Source: a virus (Duplodnaviria; Caudoviricetes). From it: a stretch of DNA of 64,000 nt. Below the pieces are notes generated by a model. The model was not told where the DNA came from and ran no database searches. It saw only the letters and a list, made by a program, of their open reading frames with translations. Where the stretch lies: positions 6,167 to 70,166 of IMG/VR virus record IMGVR_UViG_3300033075_000639; one strand, given 5' to 3'. This document shows positions 29,879 to 41,175 of this stretch, piece by piece. Positions within the stretch are counted from its first letter, which is position 1; the number at the start of each line of letters is the position of its first letter. Both the position numbers and the translations under genes were made by a program.

Positions 29879-32800
29879 TAACAACGTTGTCGTAATGTTG
29901 TTCGAAACAACAAAGTCAAGAGAAACGAATTCGATAGACTTGGTTGGTTGAACAAAGATCTTACCACGAATTGTATTGTTTTCAATGTCTTGTTGAGTCG
30001 TTGTTGACGAGTCAATAATGACCTTGAACTTCTCTAGACCAGCCTGTGCTTGAACACGTTGTAGTCTTGGCGTTACAGCTGCCGTAAATCGAGCTAGTGT
30101 TGATGCTCTGTTAGGTTCGAAGATAATCGTTTGAGTGATATCTCTAACCTGACGACGTAGTTCAATTAGAAGTCTACGAACATTGACACGATCTAGAGCA
30201 CTTGCTGCTGCTTGAAGTGTCTTCTGTCCCCAAACAACTACACCACCCTTTGGATTAGTGCCACCCGTTGCTCCACCTGGGAATGCAACTAGTGGATTGA
30301 TGCTTACATCATATAGAGCGTCCATGTTTGTCTTGGACAATTGAACTCGTGCTTCAAGTGTCGTAGACAGAGCTCCTCGAGTCGTACCTGCAGGTGCAAA
30401 CCATGGGTGACCAATCTTATCGTTAAGTGCTAGTGCACCTAGAACTGCGACAGAAGGAGGTGTAACAAGGTTTGTCTTCGTATTTGGATCAGACATGATA
30501 ACGTCTGGGAAATACGCAGCTGCAAAGTTGTTATCGATTGCACGGTCTGCAAAATTCTGTGCAGTTAGTGCAACCGATGGTAGTTGACTGTCAAGTTCAA
30601 CCTCTGCAGCATTGTTATCAAGTTGTTCAATGTCCATGATGTATAGAGCATCGAATCGTTCTTTCACGGCATCAGCTGCAGCGTCAGTTACAATTGGATG
30701 TCTGATTCCTGGAATTGCTAGCAACTGAATGTCAGTGTTAACAACATTCTGCATGATTTGTAGAGCCTTTGCGTATGCTCTAACGTTTGGTCCTTGATCA
30801 CGCCCTCTTGTTGTTGAGTTCATATCTGCAGTTACTGCAGTATTGTTGATTTCAGCAGAATCTCTATCGAATAGATTGATTCCATCGAATCCACCCTGAA
30901 CAAAGAACGTAAACTTTGCAAATCGACGATTTGCTTGAATCAAGTCGTCAACTGTAAACAATCTTGTCTTGGCAGTGTCATTTGCAACTACTGCTGCAGC
31001 ACCTGCCCTGACGTATGTTGCAGAGTCCCATTCAGCAGGATCTGCTAGCGTTGTTGAAGCAGTTACAACTAGAATATTTTCTAGTGAGAACATGTTCGTA
31101 CAGAATCTGTCTGCATCAATGATACCATTCTCTGCTGTGTCAACATCGCCCGTATTGTCACCAACAACAAAGTTTTGCAACGTTGTTGAGAAGTTAGGGA
31201 AATACTTTGCAAATGCCTTTAGCGAATCATTCTTAAGCGTAGAAGCATTTGGCGTTGACAAACTTGTAACGTGTTCGAACTGAGTTCCCCAATAGAGTAG
31301 TGGGTTAACTTGAACTTTCTGACCAGATCCAGCAGTGATATTTGAACGCATTGGAAGTGGTGGAGTTACTGCACGCTTCACAAAGTTATCACTTAGTTGT
31401 GTTCCTGAAACACAAGTTAGAGGTGAAGAACCAGAAGTAACAAGGTGATCAATACCTCTGAAACCCATTGGAAGAGCTTCAGGATCGATATTCTGATTTT
31501 CGACACCGGTATCGACTTCAACTCTTACGTAGTTTGAACGTGCTGGGTAATTTCCGTCGACAACAACCTTTTGTGCAGGTTCTGCACGATCGAAGTCAAA
31601 GAATACGTGTGCATCTCCAATTGCCTTAGCAATATAGCGATCTGAATTTGGGTCTAGATTAACTCCTCTAAACTGTTCGAGAGGTTGTTGTGCGGCGTCT
31701 CTATCGTTCCAGTCACGTAGAACAACATCGAATGAACCATAAAGATTTGCTGGATCAGTTGATGGTGCTAGATTTTCGATTGAAACCTTGTATAGGGTCG
31801 AAACGCCGGCGCCTGCATCAATTGCATGCAATCTGAATAGATTTGCCGCAGCACCACCAAACTTTTGTGAGATGACCCAAGGCGACTTAGCGTGACTGAA
31901 TCTATCAGTGAACGCTTCATAATTTGGAACAACACTTGTTCCGGTGTTTCTAGAAGTTGATCCGGTCGTTAGGAATGCGGATGACTCCGTTCCTGTCTTT
32001 GCAACTCGTGATCCTCCAGCGCCTGAAACCGTGTGAATGATTCCAGATCCAGTAACAACTGCAGTTGAAGGATGAATGTCCCACGCAGCATACAAATAAT
32101 GTCCGGCTTCTTGAACCTTATAAGGATCAGTGTTCAGAACATTTGTAAAGTAATTTGGGCTTGTCATGTCGAATGATGCCGTAATTACGTTTGGATATAG
32201 TGGATCAGTTCCTCTATGACCATTTAGCAACATTACAAAGTCTTGTTTTGCAACTGATCCGTTTGACAGAACAACACCGCCAATTATGCTTCCGGAAGCA
32301 ACTGTATCATTTGCAACTAGTGTTGATGCTGGTTGCGCGTTAACACCCTCAGCAGAAGAAGACAGTCTGATTATAACACCAGAAGGTGCCATAACAACAC
32401 CACGAATGATTGGAACTGCAGTGTTAAGACCAGGTGTAACTGAACCTACACCTTGTAGACCAGCCGATGAAAACAATGTTGAACCAGCAGACTCAGACAT
32501 GAATGCACCCAAGAAGTAAGTTCTTCCTAGTGGCGCTCCAAGGGTTCCGGAATTTGCATAGGTATTACCAGCGAGCGCTCCATCAGATGAGCGTGGTTGT
32601 AGGGCGCCAACAGTAAAACCTGCTGATGTAACCGATCCACCGGTTTGTCCATCCGCGACTCTTGTTTTACCATCACCGGCACCAAGCACTCTCAAGTATG
32701 TAACTGCAGATGCATTTCTCAACCACTCAGTTACAGCGAGTGGACCGAACTTCTTTCCGTCTGTTTTTCCAAACTTTGCGTAAAAATCATCAATTGTTCC

Positions 32801-32944
32801 AACCGTTACAGGGACAAATGCGGGTCCCTTCAACGCAGTACCAACGATTCCCGCAGGAACACCTACTGGTTCCTGTTGAACAGGTCCCGAAAGATCAATT
32901 TCCTTTGCTGTAACGCCGGCGCTTCCAAATTTTAGCTGTGCCAT
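29879..32944 (-). CDS. Tail sheath protein 1 (T4 gp18-like, large insertions)
   Basis: SAGV...EIDLS, WFAPAG..RG, VVVWGQKTL...SALDRVNVRRLL, IIFEPN, IFVQPTKSIEF..LDF. Ends ACG TTG TTA (standard end 29864). Confidence 0.92.
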
Positions 32945-33014
32945 CCTATGCTCCCAGTCTAATGACTAACTATTCACTTCAACTCAATAACTTTGATTCA
33001 ATCGTAAGAGTTTT

Positions 33015-36000
33015 TCAGACGAATGCAATTCCGGAATTTGTAATGATAAAATCAACCGCAATATATTCAATAGTGCGCGTTGGAACAACAACAACTTTTC
33101 CGACCAATCTGTTAAGATCGACATCTTCTTGTGTGTTATTCGTTTCATTCATAATAACCTGGAAACCTTCTACACCCGCTTGGATCTGAATCATTCCTAG
33201 TTGTAGTACAGCGTCTGCAACAAACTTGTTGCGAACGTCTGGCGTGTTTTGCTCAAACACCATTTTACGAGCAATTTCAATAATGATTCGCTTTACTTCA
33301 AGTAGAAGTCTACGAACATTTACTCGATCAAGTGCAGACTTGTTAACTTTCAACGTCTTCTGTCCGTAGATAACGAATCCAAGGCGTGGGAAAGTTGCGA
33401 TTGGGTTAATTCGTGAATCATATAGACGATCACGATCACTTACGTTCAAGCGAACACCGACATTTGTTACAAAATCAAGCGCTGCTCTGTTGAAACCTGC
33501 AGGTGCAAACCACGGATATGCAACTTTATCATTGAATGCAAGAGCACCCATTGCTGCAACAGACGCTGGTACTTTGATACGGCGACGATTGGTTGCGTCA
33601 TCAATAACAACGTCTGGGTAGTATGTTCCAGCGTAATCATTATCAATTGCACGAGAATCAAACTGGCTTGCTGTTTGATCAATGCTTGGACGAGCCGTTG
33701 AATCATCATATAGACGATTTGCAGAATCATCGTAAGCAGCAATATCCATTACGTAATATGCCAATCCGTAATCTCTAACTTTACCCATTGCATACTCAGT
33801 AATAAAGCTTTCACGAATTCCTGGGATTGCTAGGATATTTGTGTTAACTGTCATTGGATCAGTCATAATATCGACAGCAGTCTTGTAGCTTGATACCGTA
33901 CTGTTAGATTGACCGGTACCAGAAGGATTAATTCCAAGACCTGGTGCTGTATATCCAACCGCGGCTCCACCGCCACTGTCAAATGATGCAGCTTTGTCAT
34001 TCAGACGTCGAGCATCTCTATCAAGGATGTTTGTTCCGTCCCAACCACCTGCCATGAACGTTGCAAACTTTGTGAATGGCGAAAACTTATTGAAGTCTGC
34101 GGCAGTTCCTTGTGCTAGCAGCGTTGCCAACGTAATTCTGCTACCGAGTGCTGTACTGTTAACAGTGTAATTCGAAAGATCTAGAACACCATCTCTAATG
34201 TATGCAGCTTCTTTCATATGATCATTTACTGATGACGTAAGATGCGTCAATGAACCATTTGAAAATGCAACCTTTGCTAGAGTAAACTTATCATTGTTTA
34301 GTATGTCTGCACCAGAACCTGACACTAGTGTATCAAGCTTGGAAATACCCAAGAACTTTGCGTAATTTTCTAGCAATGCATTCTTTTCATTCACAAGATT
34401 TGGATTTAGTGGCAGTGTGTTTCGTTCAAACTTAACACCCCAGTAAAACAAAGGCAACGTTAGTTCTGTTGTCCCTGGTTGACCCAACCATGCTGCTCCG
34501 ACCGGTACATCACCCTTCGTTACTTTTGTTCTGAAAGGAACAGGTGGCATGATAGAACCTGAAAGTGAAGATGCAACTGTCGGTCCCAACGAACCTGCTA
34601 GACGTGATTGTGCAGCTGTTGCGTGTGGCGTATCAGTTAGAGTGTCATTCGTCTTAAGAACTGGATGACCTCTGAATCCGAAAGGCAATGTCTTCTGTGG
34701 CACAAGAGCACGTTCGACAGCGTCAGCCATGACAATTCTTACATATGAAGATTTATTTTCATACTTGCCAAATGTTACAATTCTACGTTCAGAATCAGTT
34801 GTTGCATCAAAGTTGAAAGTAACTTTACGATCGCCAACTAGTTTAGCAACATAATTTGCAGCGTTTGGATTCAATGAACAGTTCGGAAACGACTCTAGAA
34901 CTAGAGGATTCACGTCTGTATCATTCCAATCACGAATTTGAACTGTAAAAGTTCCATATGGATTCGAATCATCTAGTGACGCTTTTAGATTCGTAATTGC
35001 AATCTTGTAGAGCGTATTTGCATATGTGCCATCATCTAGCGCTTCGAACTTGAACAAGTCATATTCTGTTGCACCAAATGGTTGCGAGATAAAGTATGTT
35101 GTTGATGGTGCACGGAATCGTGTATCAAACGCACCGTATGCTTTACGAGTTACTAGCGTTGTATCGCCACTATTTGGGCTGGTCTTGTTAGAACCCGAAA
35201 CAGCAGCTACTATTGTCGCAGTTGCTAGTTCATCATCAACAGGGAAATCAGCATAAACAAGATGTTGTTCAGAAACAAACTTGTCAGGATCAGTATTTAG
35301 GATCTTTCCAAAATAATCGGCACTTGATGGATTTAGCGATGCTGTGAATATCTTGACACCCGGGTTACCGTCTGTATTCCAGAACGTATTGCCTAGTGTT
35401 GAAGAGATCGCTAGCTTAAACTTTCCACTTACAAGCGTTGCAGCATCGATATTACTACCATTGAATGCGCCGACTGCAGAACCGTTACCGTCAAGAACCA
35501 TGACTCTTGACGAAGTTGGAGTCATAATCATGCCTCTAACAAGATTTACTGTAGATCCAGCGAATGAATCATTATCAGTAAACATTGGAATTCCATACGC
35601 TTCATTTGTTTGAAGAGTGTGTCGTGCCGTTAGGAATTGAACAACGCCTGTATGACGTCCCAAGTTATCATGTGTTGCGGTCGTTCCATCTAGATAAAAT
35701 CCAGCAGAAACAACTCGACCTGTCAATTCAGTTGTTGCAATGTCAGTTCCCGTCGTATTTGCGCCGGCGCCTAGAACACGCATATAAGTCAAAGAAGTCT
35801 TGTGCTTCAAAAATTCATTTACAGCATATGGTCCAAATCTTTTTGGATCTAGATTACCGAATGTTGCAACAAATTCGTCAAAATTTCCAACAGTTACTGG
35901 AACAAAAGCTGGACCTTTGTTAGCAGTTCCAATAACACCTGCTGGCGTACCCACAGGACCTTGTGGGGCTCTTGCCGAAAGGTCGATTTCACGTTGATAA

Positions 36001-36032
36001 AAATTTGGTGACCTAAAAGTCTGTTCAGGCAT
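33015..36032 (-). CDS. Tail sheath protein 2 (T4 gp18-like)
   Basis: SPN.Y.REIDLS, WFAPAGFNR, INPIATFP..GFVIYGQKTL...SALDRVNVRRLL, FEQN, VVPTRTIEYI.VDF. Confidence 0.92.
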   Translation of the reverse strand: MPEQTFRSPNFYQREIDLSARAPQGPVGTPAGVIGTANKGPAFVPVTVGNFDEFVATFGNLDPKRFGPYAVNEFLKHKTSLTYMRVLGAGANTTGTDIATTELTGRVVSAGFYLDGTTATHDNLGRHTGVVQFLTARHTLQTNEAYGIPMFTDNDSFAGSTVNLVRGMIMTPTSSRVMVLDGNGSAVGAFNGSNIDAATLVSGKFKLAISSTLGNTFWNTDGNPGVKIFTASLNPSSADYFGKILNTDPDKFVSEQHLVYADFPVDDELATATIVAAVSGSNKTSPNSGDTTLVTRKAYGAFDTRFRAPSTTYFISQPFGATEYDLFKFEALDDGTYANTLYKIAITNLKASLDDSNPYGTFTVQIRDWNDTDVNPLVLESFPNCSLNPNAANYVAKLVGDRKVTFNFDATTDSERRIVTFGKYENKSSYVRIVMADAVERALVPQKTLPFGFRGHPVLKTNDTLTDTPHATAAQSRLAGSLGPTVASSLSGSIMPPVPFRTKVTKGDVPVGAAWLGQPGTTELTLPLFYWGVKFERNTLPLNPNLVNEKNALLENYAKFLGISKLDTLVSGSGADILNNDKFTLAKVAFSNGSLTHLTSSVNDHMKEAAYIRDGVLDLSNYTVNSTALGSRITLATLLAQGTAADFNKFSPFTKFATFMAGGWDGTNILDRDARRLNDKAASFDSGGGAAVGYTAPGLGINPSGTGQSNSTVSSYKTAVDIMTDPMTVNTNILAIPGIRESFITEYAMGKVRDYGLAYYVMDIAAYDDSANRLYDDSTARPSIDQTASQFDSRAIDNDYAGTYYPDVVIDDATNRRRIKVPASVAAMGALAFNDKVAYPWFAPAGFNRAALDFVTNVGVRLNVSDRDRLYDSRINPIATFPRLGFVIYGQKTLKVNKSALDRVNVRRLLLEVKRIIIEIARKMVFEQNTPDVRNKFVADAVLQLGMIQIQAGVEGFQVIMNETNNTQEDVDLNRLVGKVVVVPTRTIEYIAVDFIITNSGIAFV

Positions 36033-36106
36033 TTCCGTTCTCCTGTTCTACAGTGTAGAAACACAATGATAAGTATCATGGGTTATTGTCAAAAACTAAC
36101 TGACTA

Positions 36107-37402
36107 TCAATCCTCAATGACTACAATAGACATATCACCCAAATCTGTTCCTGGTGAGTACACAGTTTCACCTGTATTTGAATTAATTGATGATATTCTT
36201 ACGAGTCGTGTAACAAGTGCTCCATTGGAATTTCTTGACACAATTCTTTTAAAATTCGCAGGAATTCTTCCACGTGGCAATGACAAAAGGGCAGGATCAT
36301 TAGGGTCAATTTCGTCAGATGAAACAAACAATCGTCCTTTACCAGTTCTACGTTGATCAGCTCTTTTTGTTTGTGATTCATTTGTTGGCAATGTTGGATC
36401 GTCCGAACCCAACGTTGGATCATCAACTGAATTTACGTCTGTTTCTTCTGCGAGAGGAAGGCCCATTGAAAATGATATGTCAGGTGAACTAACATATTTT
36501 TTGACTGTTATTGGAACACCGGGTGCAGACGATGCTAGCATATATGCCGGCACTTTTACGTTTATTTTGTATTTCATGAAACGTTCAGCACCAGACATGT
36601 CTTCAAAATTTGTTTCTGCACTAAAAATATCATCTGTTACAGTCGCAACAAACCAATAACCTTTAGACGTCTCAATCTTCCAACCTTGTGTTTGCGGCAA
36701 AAAAGACGACATCAACGTCTCAAGAACTTGGTTCATATGTGTTGTAAATTGAGTCCAAATTGTAATCTCGTAATTTGCAGTAAAAAACTGTGGTGAAGGA
36801 ATTACAACAGTTTCATATATGTTGTTTTTTCTATTTCCGAGAAGATAACCACCGTCTTCAATAATGCCATCATCTGACAAATCGCCTATCGCTCGAGCCG
36901 TCGTTAGTTGATTAACATCACCTTCTTCAGATGGCACTGCGAGCCCACTCTGGTGCTTCAAATATATTCGATTAATTAGATTTTGGTAACCCCGGTCTGA
37001 TTTATCAAGTTTTCTTCTAATGACAATCTCACCACTTCGTTGGTTTATGCCTCTTCCGGTTATATCTTCATTAGGTGTCTGAGCAATATTTTGTCGACCA
37101 ATTGTTATGATAGGCAATATTAGTGCCCCATTTTTATCGCGCATTGGTCGATTTCTTTTAAGCAATGCCCATTTCTCACCGCCGGCAAAAACAATTGGAA
37201 CTTTCTTAAATTCAGAACTGCCTTCACCACCAACTGCAAATTTGATTTCCTTATCAAACAGGTTAAAAATTCCAACGTCAACATCTTCAATTCCAACCGG
37301 CGGGATAACAAATTCAGAAACACCGCCGCCTTCAGAATATCCTGTAGGAAGCGGTTCAATTCCATAATTTGTTCTAGCACCTGTTTTAAATCTTGTTGCC
37401 AT
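36107..37402 (-). CDS. Tail completion / sheath terminator (gp15-like)
   Basis: IEDVD.GIF, VPI..AGGEKW, LILPII.I.R, P.F....YEITIWT; located between neck and sheath genes. Confidence 0.65.
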   Translation of the reverse strand: MATRFKTGARTNYGIEPLPTGYSEGGGVSEFVIPPVGIEDVDVGIFNLFDKEIKFAVGGEGSSEFKKVPIVFAGGEKWALLKRNRPMRDKNGALILPIITIGRQNIAQTPNEDITGRGINQRSGEIVIRRKLDKSDRGYQNLINRIYLKHQSGLAVPSEEGDVNQLTTARAIGDLSDDGIIEDGGYLLGNRKNNIYETVVIPSPQFFTANYEITIWTQFTTHMNQVLETLMSSFLPQTQGWKIETSKGYWFVATVTDDIFSAETNFEDMSGAERFMKYKINVKVPAYMLASSAPGVPITVKKYVSSPDISFSMGLPLAEETDVNSVDDPTLGSDDPTLPTNESQTKRADQRRTGKGRLFVSSDEIDPNDPALLSLPRGRIPANFKRIVSRNSNGALVTRLVRISSINSNTGETVYSPGTDLGDMSIVVIED

Positions 37403-37409
37403 GTATTAC

Positions 37410-38075
37410 TCATTCGTCATAAAAAGAAGATCCAGCGGGGGTAGGATCACCGCTAGGCGATACTTCTCTAGGACCCGTTAGAGGTGGATCCAACACACCA
37501 TTTTTTACTAGATCTCTAACGTCTGCTGTTGGTCCCTGAGAGTTCTCAGATACACCGCGCTGTTGAACAAATGTTTTTTGTACTGCGTCAGGTTCATCAT
37601 AAGAAATATCTGTCGGACCAATAGTCAATGCTTCAAATACACCCTCTCTTGCACGTGTTCCAACAAGTTTGATACCATCTTTATGATCTGGTAGACCATA
37701 TATGTTTCTCATGATGATATTTTCAGTAATTTCATAAAAGACATCAGAAAACGAAAAATAGTCACCAATAGAAATCCGAATTCCCTTTTCAATCATATCA
37801 CGATATTGAATGAAAACTTCAAGCTTAAAATTTGTATCAACACCAAATTGATTAATAACAGTATCAGATTGGCTCTTACTATCGACCAGCGCATCGATTG
37901 CAATAGGATTATCAAATACCTTCTTAAGAGATTCATTATAAACGCCATGAACTTGTGTTTTATGTTCTGAAATTGGGTAATAATAAATCTTCTGACCATT
38001 AACATCTTTGATCAGTTCCTTTGTGATATCTGAGATAAAATTCAGTTCACGAGCAGTAATAAAAAGTCGACTCAT
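37410..38075 (-). CDS. Neck / head-closure protein (gp14-like)
   Basis: KELI..V.GQ...YY, VY.ES..K, I..GDYF.F....YEI; synteny. Confidence 0.65.
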   Translation of the reverse strand: MSRLFITARELNFISDITKELIKDVNGQKIYYYPISEHKTQVHGVYNESLKKVFDNPIAIDALVDSKSQSDTVINQFGVDTNFKLEVFIQYRDMIEKGIRISIGDYFSFSDVFYEITENIIMRNIYGLPDHKDGIKLVGTRAREGVFEALTIGPTDISYDEPDAVQKTFVQQRGVSENSQGPTADVRDLVKNGVLDPPLTGPREVSPSGDPTPAGSSFYDE

Positions 38076-38078
38076 TGT

Positions 38079-39260
38079 TTATCCAATCGTAATGGCTTTT
38101 CCATTCGGAATAGGAATGTACTTCAATTGTTTCTGCATCGACTCAGCCAACAACGCTTGTTGTTCCATCAACTTAACGTTAGTTAGCGTCTCCAAAAACT
38201 CTTTCAATTGTGTAATCAATTTTTCTTTGTCTTCACGACCTTGTGTTACAAGCGCGTCACCATTCAATTGAAGATCGGCATTTGGTATTGGGATCGACTG
38301 AAACTTAGACCTAATCAAACCCAACAATTCACGACAAAGTGCTAGTGTATATTGTCTAATCCATTGTCGACCTGGTTGTGTAATACTTGTGAAAGGTATA
38401 TTCCCATACGGCACATTTTGTGGACCAGAAATTCCATAAACAGACTGATCTAGACCCTGCAGTGCCGTCGCGTTAAGAGGATCTAGATTACCGGCTTGAA
38501 CTTTTACGTACAGTCGACCCGTTTGAAGTTCAGTTACCGGGATTGGAAATATACGAATATTGCTACCGATAATTTCATAACTGTAATTTGAACGTCGTAC
38601 CTTGTTTGCTGTTTCTAGCATTCCACGTCGAAGAACGTCTTCAAATACAGGCAGAACATAAAATACAGTACTATTAACATAGCTTTCATAGTTAAAGTTT
38701 GTTGCAAGAAAATTTGTAATATTTGAAGCATTTAGTAGTGTTGATTGTGCAGCTGTTGGTTCAAAGTGATAAACTTCCATAACACGAATTTGACTCTTGG
38801 TTGTCATCGTGTTGTACAAAACTGTTCCGGAAGCTGCATGAATCAATTCAGTGTAGATGTTGTAATCTTGTCGACCAGACTCAAGATTGAAATAACACAA
38901 CGTTGAATCATAAACACCCCCAACACCAGCATAAGTTGAATATGGCGATGCTTGTCTCATCAAAAATTCAAGCGTTTGATTAAGATAACGATTTGTTAGA
39001 TCCGTGCTTCCTGTTGGCATTCCAAGAACATTTGCCAACTCAGATTGTATTTTCATTTCATGAATTTTACGAGAATATTCACAACATGCTTCTTCAAAAC
39101 ATGCCCAAATTTCTTTTCTCGTAAGTTCAACAGACAATACATCATCACCAAGTTTTCTTTTGACAAATGTAACCATACCATCTGCTTCTGAAGCAAAAGC
39201 TAGATCGCTATCAAAAAATCCAAAAGGCGTGGGACTTATTGTTTGAACAAAACTCGACAT
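38079..39260 (-). CDS. Neck / head-tail adaptor protein (gp13-like)
   Basis: R.LG...LSVELT, WIRQYTLALCRELLG.IRSKF..IP.P...L.LNG..L...G motif. Confidence 0.75.
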   Translation of the reverse strand: MSSFVQTISPTPFGFFDSDLAFASEADGMVTFVKRKLGDDVLSVELTRKEIWACFEEACCEYSRKIHEMKIQSELANVLGMPTGSTDLTNRYLNQTLEFLMRQASPYSTYAGVGGVYDSTLCYFNLESGRQDYNIYTELIHAASGTVLYNTMTTKSQIRVMEVYHFEPTAAQSTLLNASNITNFLATNFNYESYVNSTVFYVLPVFEDVLRRGMLETANKVRRSNYSYEIIGSNIRIFPIPVTELQTGRLYVKVQAGNLDPLNATALQGLDQSVYGISGPQNVPYGNIPFTSITQPGRQWIRQYTLALCRELLGLIRSKFQSIPIPNADLQLNGDALVTQGREDKEKLITQLKEFLETLTNVKLMEQQALLAESMQKQLKYIPIPNGKAITIG

Positions 39261-39356
39261 GTTATCTTCTTAAGATAGGTATAGTTGATCTAACGTCGAG
39301 GATCTTTATCGATTTATTATGCGTAACTATTGTTCACGTTTCATTAGGATAAAACT

Positions 39357-39746
39357 ATGATGTACAAAGTTGGTGATGAAGTTGTCGTAATTATTTACGA
39401 TACTTTTGGTTATGGAAATATAAAAAATGATCGAATGCTTAAACTTCAAGTTATTGGCATTGACAGTTATGAATTGTCAATGAATTACTTGTGTTATGTG
39501 CCACACTATATGAATCATCCACATTCAAATAAACTTGATGATTATACTCTCAGGCGCTACAAAGTAGACAAAAAGTTTCTTGGAGAACAATGTGTATCGA
39601 TGTCAGTATATGAACCAGTAGCACGTCATATTCCTTGTGCTACCGGTGAAAAGTGTGATCGTTGTCAAGAATTTATTCCTGGTGGAATACGACAAGATTT
39701 CATTAAATTTCATTGTAGAAATTGCAGAGAAAATCCGTGGCGATTA
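39357..39746 (+). CDS. Hypothetical protein with C-terminal CxxC...CxxC zinc ribbon
   Basis: AGGA RBS. First in-frame TTA (39744-39746) follows CRNCRENPWR; the standard reading extends 114 nt further (to 39860), antisense into the convergent gene. Confidence 0.6.
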
Positions 39747-40325
39747 TTTGTCACTTCGAATAAATCCACGTGCAATTCGACGTACAAGATCTTCATCAGT
39801 CAGAACGGCTTTTTCAATCTGAGGTTTTTTAGATTCATAACGTTCTTTAAGTGTTTTTGAAACCGGTTGTTTTACTTCATTGTTTGATGATTTTTCAACA
39901 ACACGTTGTGAAATTACAGCAGGTTGTGGCTTAACGCTAGTTTGTCTGACTTGAATTGGTGCAGCTGTAACAGAAATTTTTGGTTGCGCTGGTCGTTGGG
40001 CAAAATTAATAGATTCAGCAACAACACTTACTGTTTTCTTAAAATTAAGTTGAAATTGCACCGGTGCAAAATATCTGTTTTCTATTAGCACTTCAACTTT
40101 GGCATGATAAAGACCTTCTTTTAGTTTGTCTTTCATTTGTGGCAACTGAAATGAAACTACGTCATCACCGCTTGAATATCCATCAAACATATATGATATA
40201 TCAGAGCTTTCACAAACAAGTCTAGCTTTTGCAGGTGCTGAAGCGCTACCTTCAATTTTGATCTTAAATGCAAGTTCATTTGCTTCTTCAATGTCTAGAT
40301 CAATCGTTTCAACAAGTTGTTCCAT
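39744..40325 (-). CDS. Hypothetical virion-module protein
   Basis: 193-aa ORF, ATG 5 nt after ATACTTA. Confidence 0.7.
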   Translation of the reverse strand: MEQLVETIDLDIEEANELAFKIKIEGSASAPAKARLVCESSDISYMFDGYSSGDDVVSFQLPQMKDKLKEGLYHAKVEVLIENRYFAPVQFQLNFKKTVSVVAESINFAQRPAQPKISVTAAPIQVRQTSVKPQPAVISQRVVEKSSNNEVKQPVSKTLKERYESKKPQIEKAVLTDEDLVRRIARGFIRSDK

Positions 40326-40330
40326 AAAGT

Positions 40331-40337
40331 TAAGTAT
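40331..40337 (-). promoter_or_regulatory. Representative ATACTTA site of a recurrent (A/C)TANTTA upstream motif
   Basis: Also seen at 1893, 9909, 23403, 24578, 25216, 27543, 32967, 36070, 44964, 47992, 48436, 50935, 56432 and 57311, in each case upstream of a minus-strand gene or RNA. Confidence 0.55.
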
Positions 40338-40696
40338 TACTTAAGGCGCTGAATTGAAATTTTCACGTCTTCCCAAGTCTTTCTAGTTCTTGAAGAAATA
40401 AATTCAGTTAGCGTTATAGCATAATGCGCTATTGAATTTGTACGTACGTTACCAATAATTTTAGGAGGATTGATATCGTTATTAACACGTATCAATTTGG
40501 CCCAAACAACAACTTCATTAACTTCGTCAACAACACGTTTAGCACCAGAACGTCCAATCCTAACAATTCTATCGACTTGTTCTAGAACAAATGCCAATAC
40601 AGAATTATTACCAAACCCAGAAGTAACAAGGCCTGGTGAATTTTCATCATTTCGTGGTGCAGCCATACCACGCATAATAATCTGATTACGAAACAT
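40337..40696 (-). CDS. Hypothetical protein
   Basis: 119-aa ORF whose ATG is coupled to the upstream TTA (TTATG). Confidence 0.65.
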   Translation of the reverse strand: MFRNQIIMRGMAAPRNDENSPGLVTSGFGNNSVLAFVLEQVDRIVRIGRSGAKRVVDEVNEVVVWAKLIRVNNDINPPKIIGNVRTNSIAHYAITLTEFISSRTRKTWEDVKISIQRLK

Positions 40697-41175
40697 AATA
40701 CTTTCTGTCGATCAAATACTGCACCCATAGATGGTGCACCCATATCATCATAAAGATTATATGTAGCAACTACAGTTGAATTATCGTCCTTGTAAAAAAT
40801 CATCTGATTCGCAACAATCTTCCAACGACCATATTGAATATCATACAGTTGACCAATTGTTCCGGACATTTGTGTAACTTTTGTATCGATTGAATCGATT
40901 TTTGGATTATTTTCTTCTACGTTATATTGTTCGCTGGCATATGAGGCTGTGACAAATGCTGATCCTGTATCCCATAGAATTTGTCCTCGAAAATTGTCTG
41001 GAAACGAAATATATGCAGCGTAGATTCCCAACCCGGTTTGATAAACTCCAGTTGTAGTTCGTGCAGAAACAATCGATCCTGCCGTATCTAGAACTGTGTA
41101 TCCAACTCCCGATGAACCCGTAGCATATGCTCGAGACCTACCAAAATTGACATTTCGAAGTTGCTGCAATGTCAT
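40696..41175 (-). CDS. Hypothetical tail/fibre-associated protein
   Basis: Ends GAVFDRQKV then TTA (40696-40698), overlapping the next ATG. The standard reading runs to 40582, deep inside the next gene. Confidence 0.7.
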
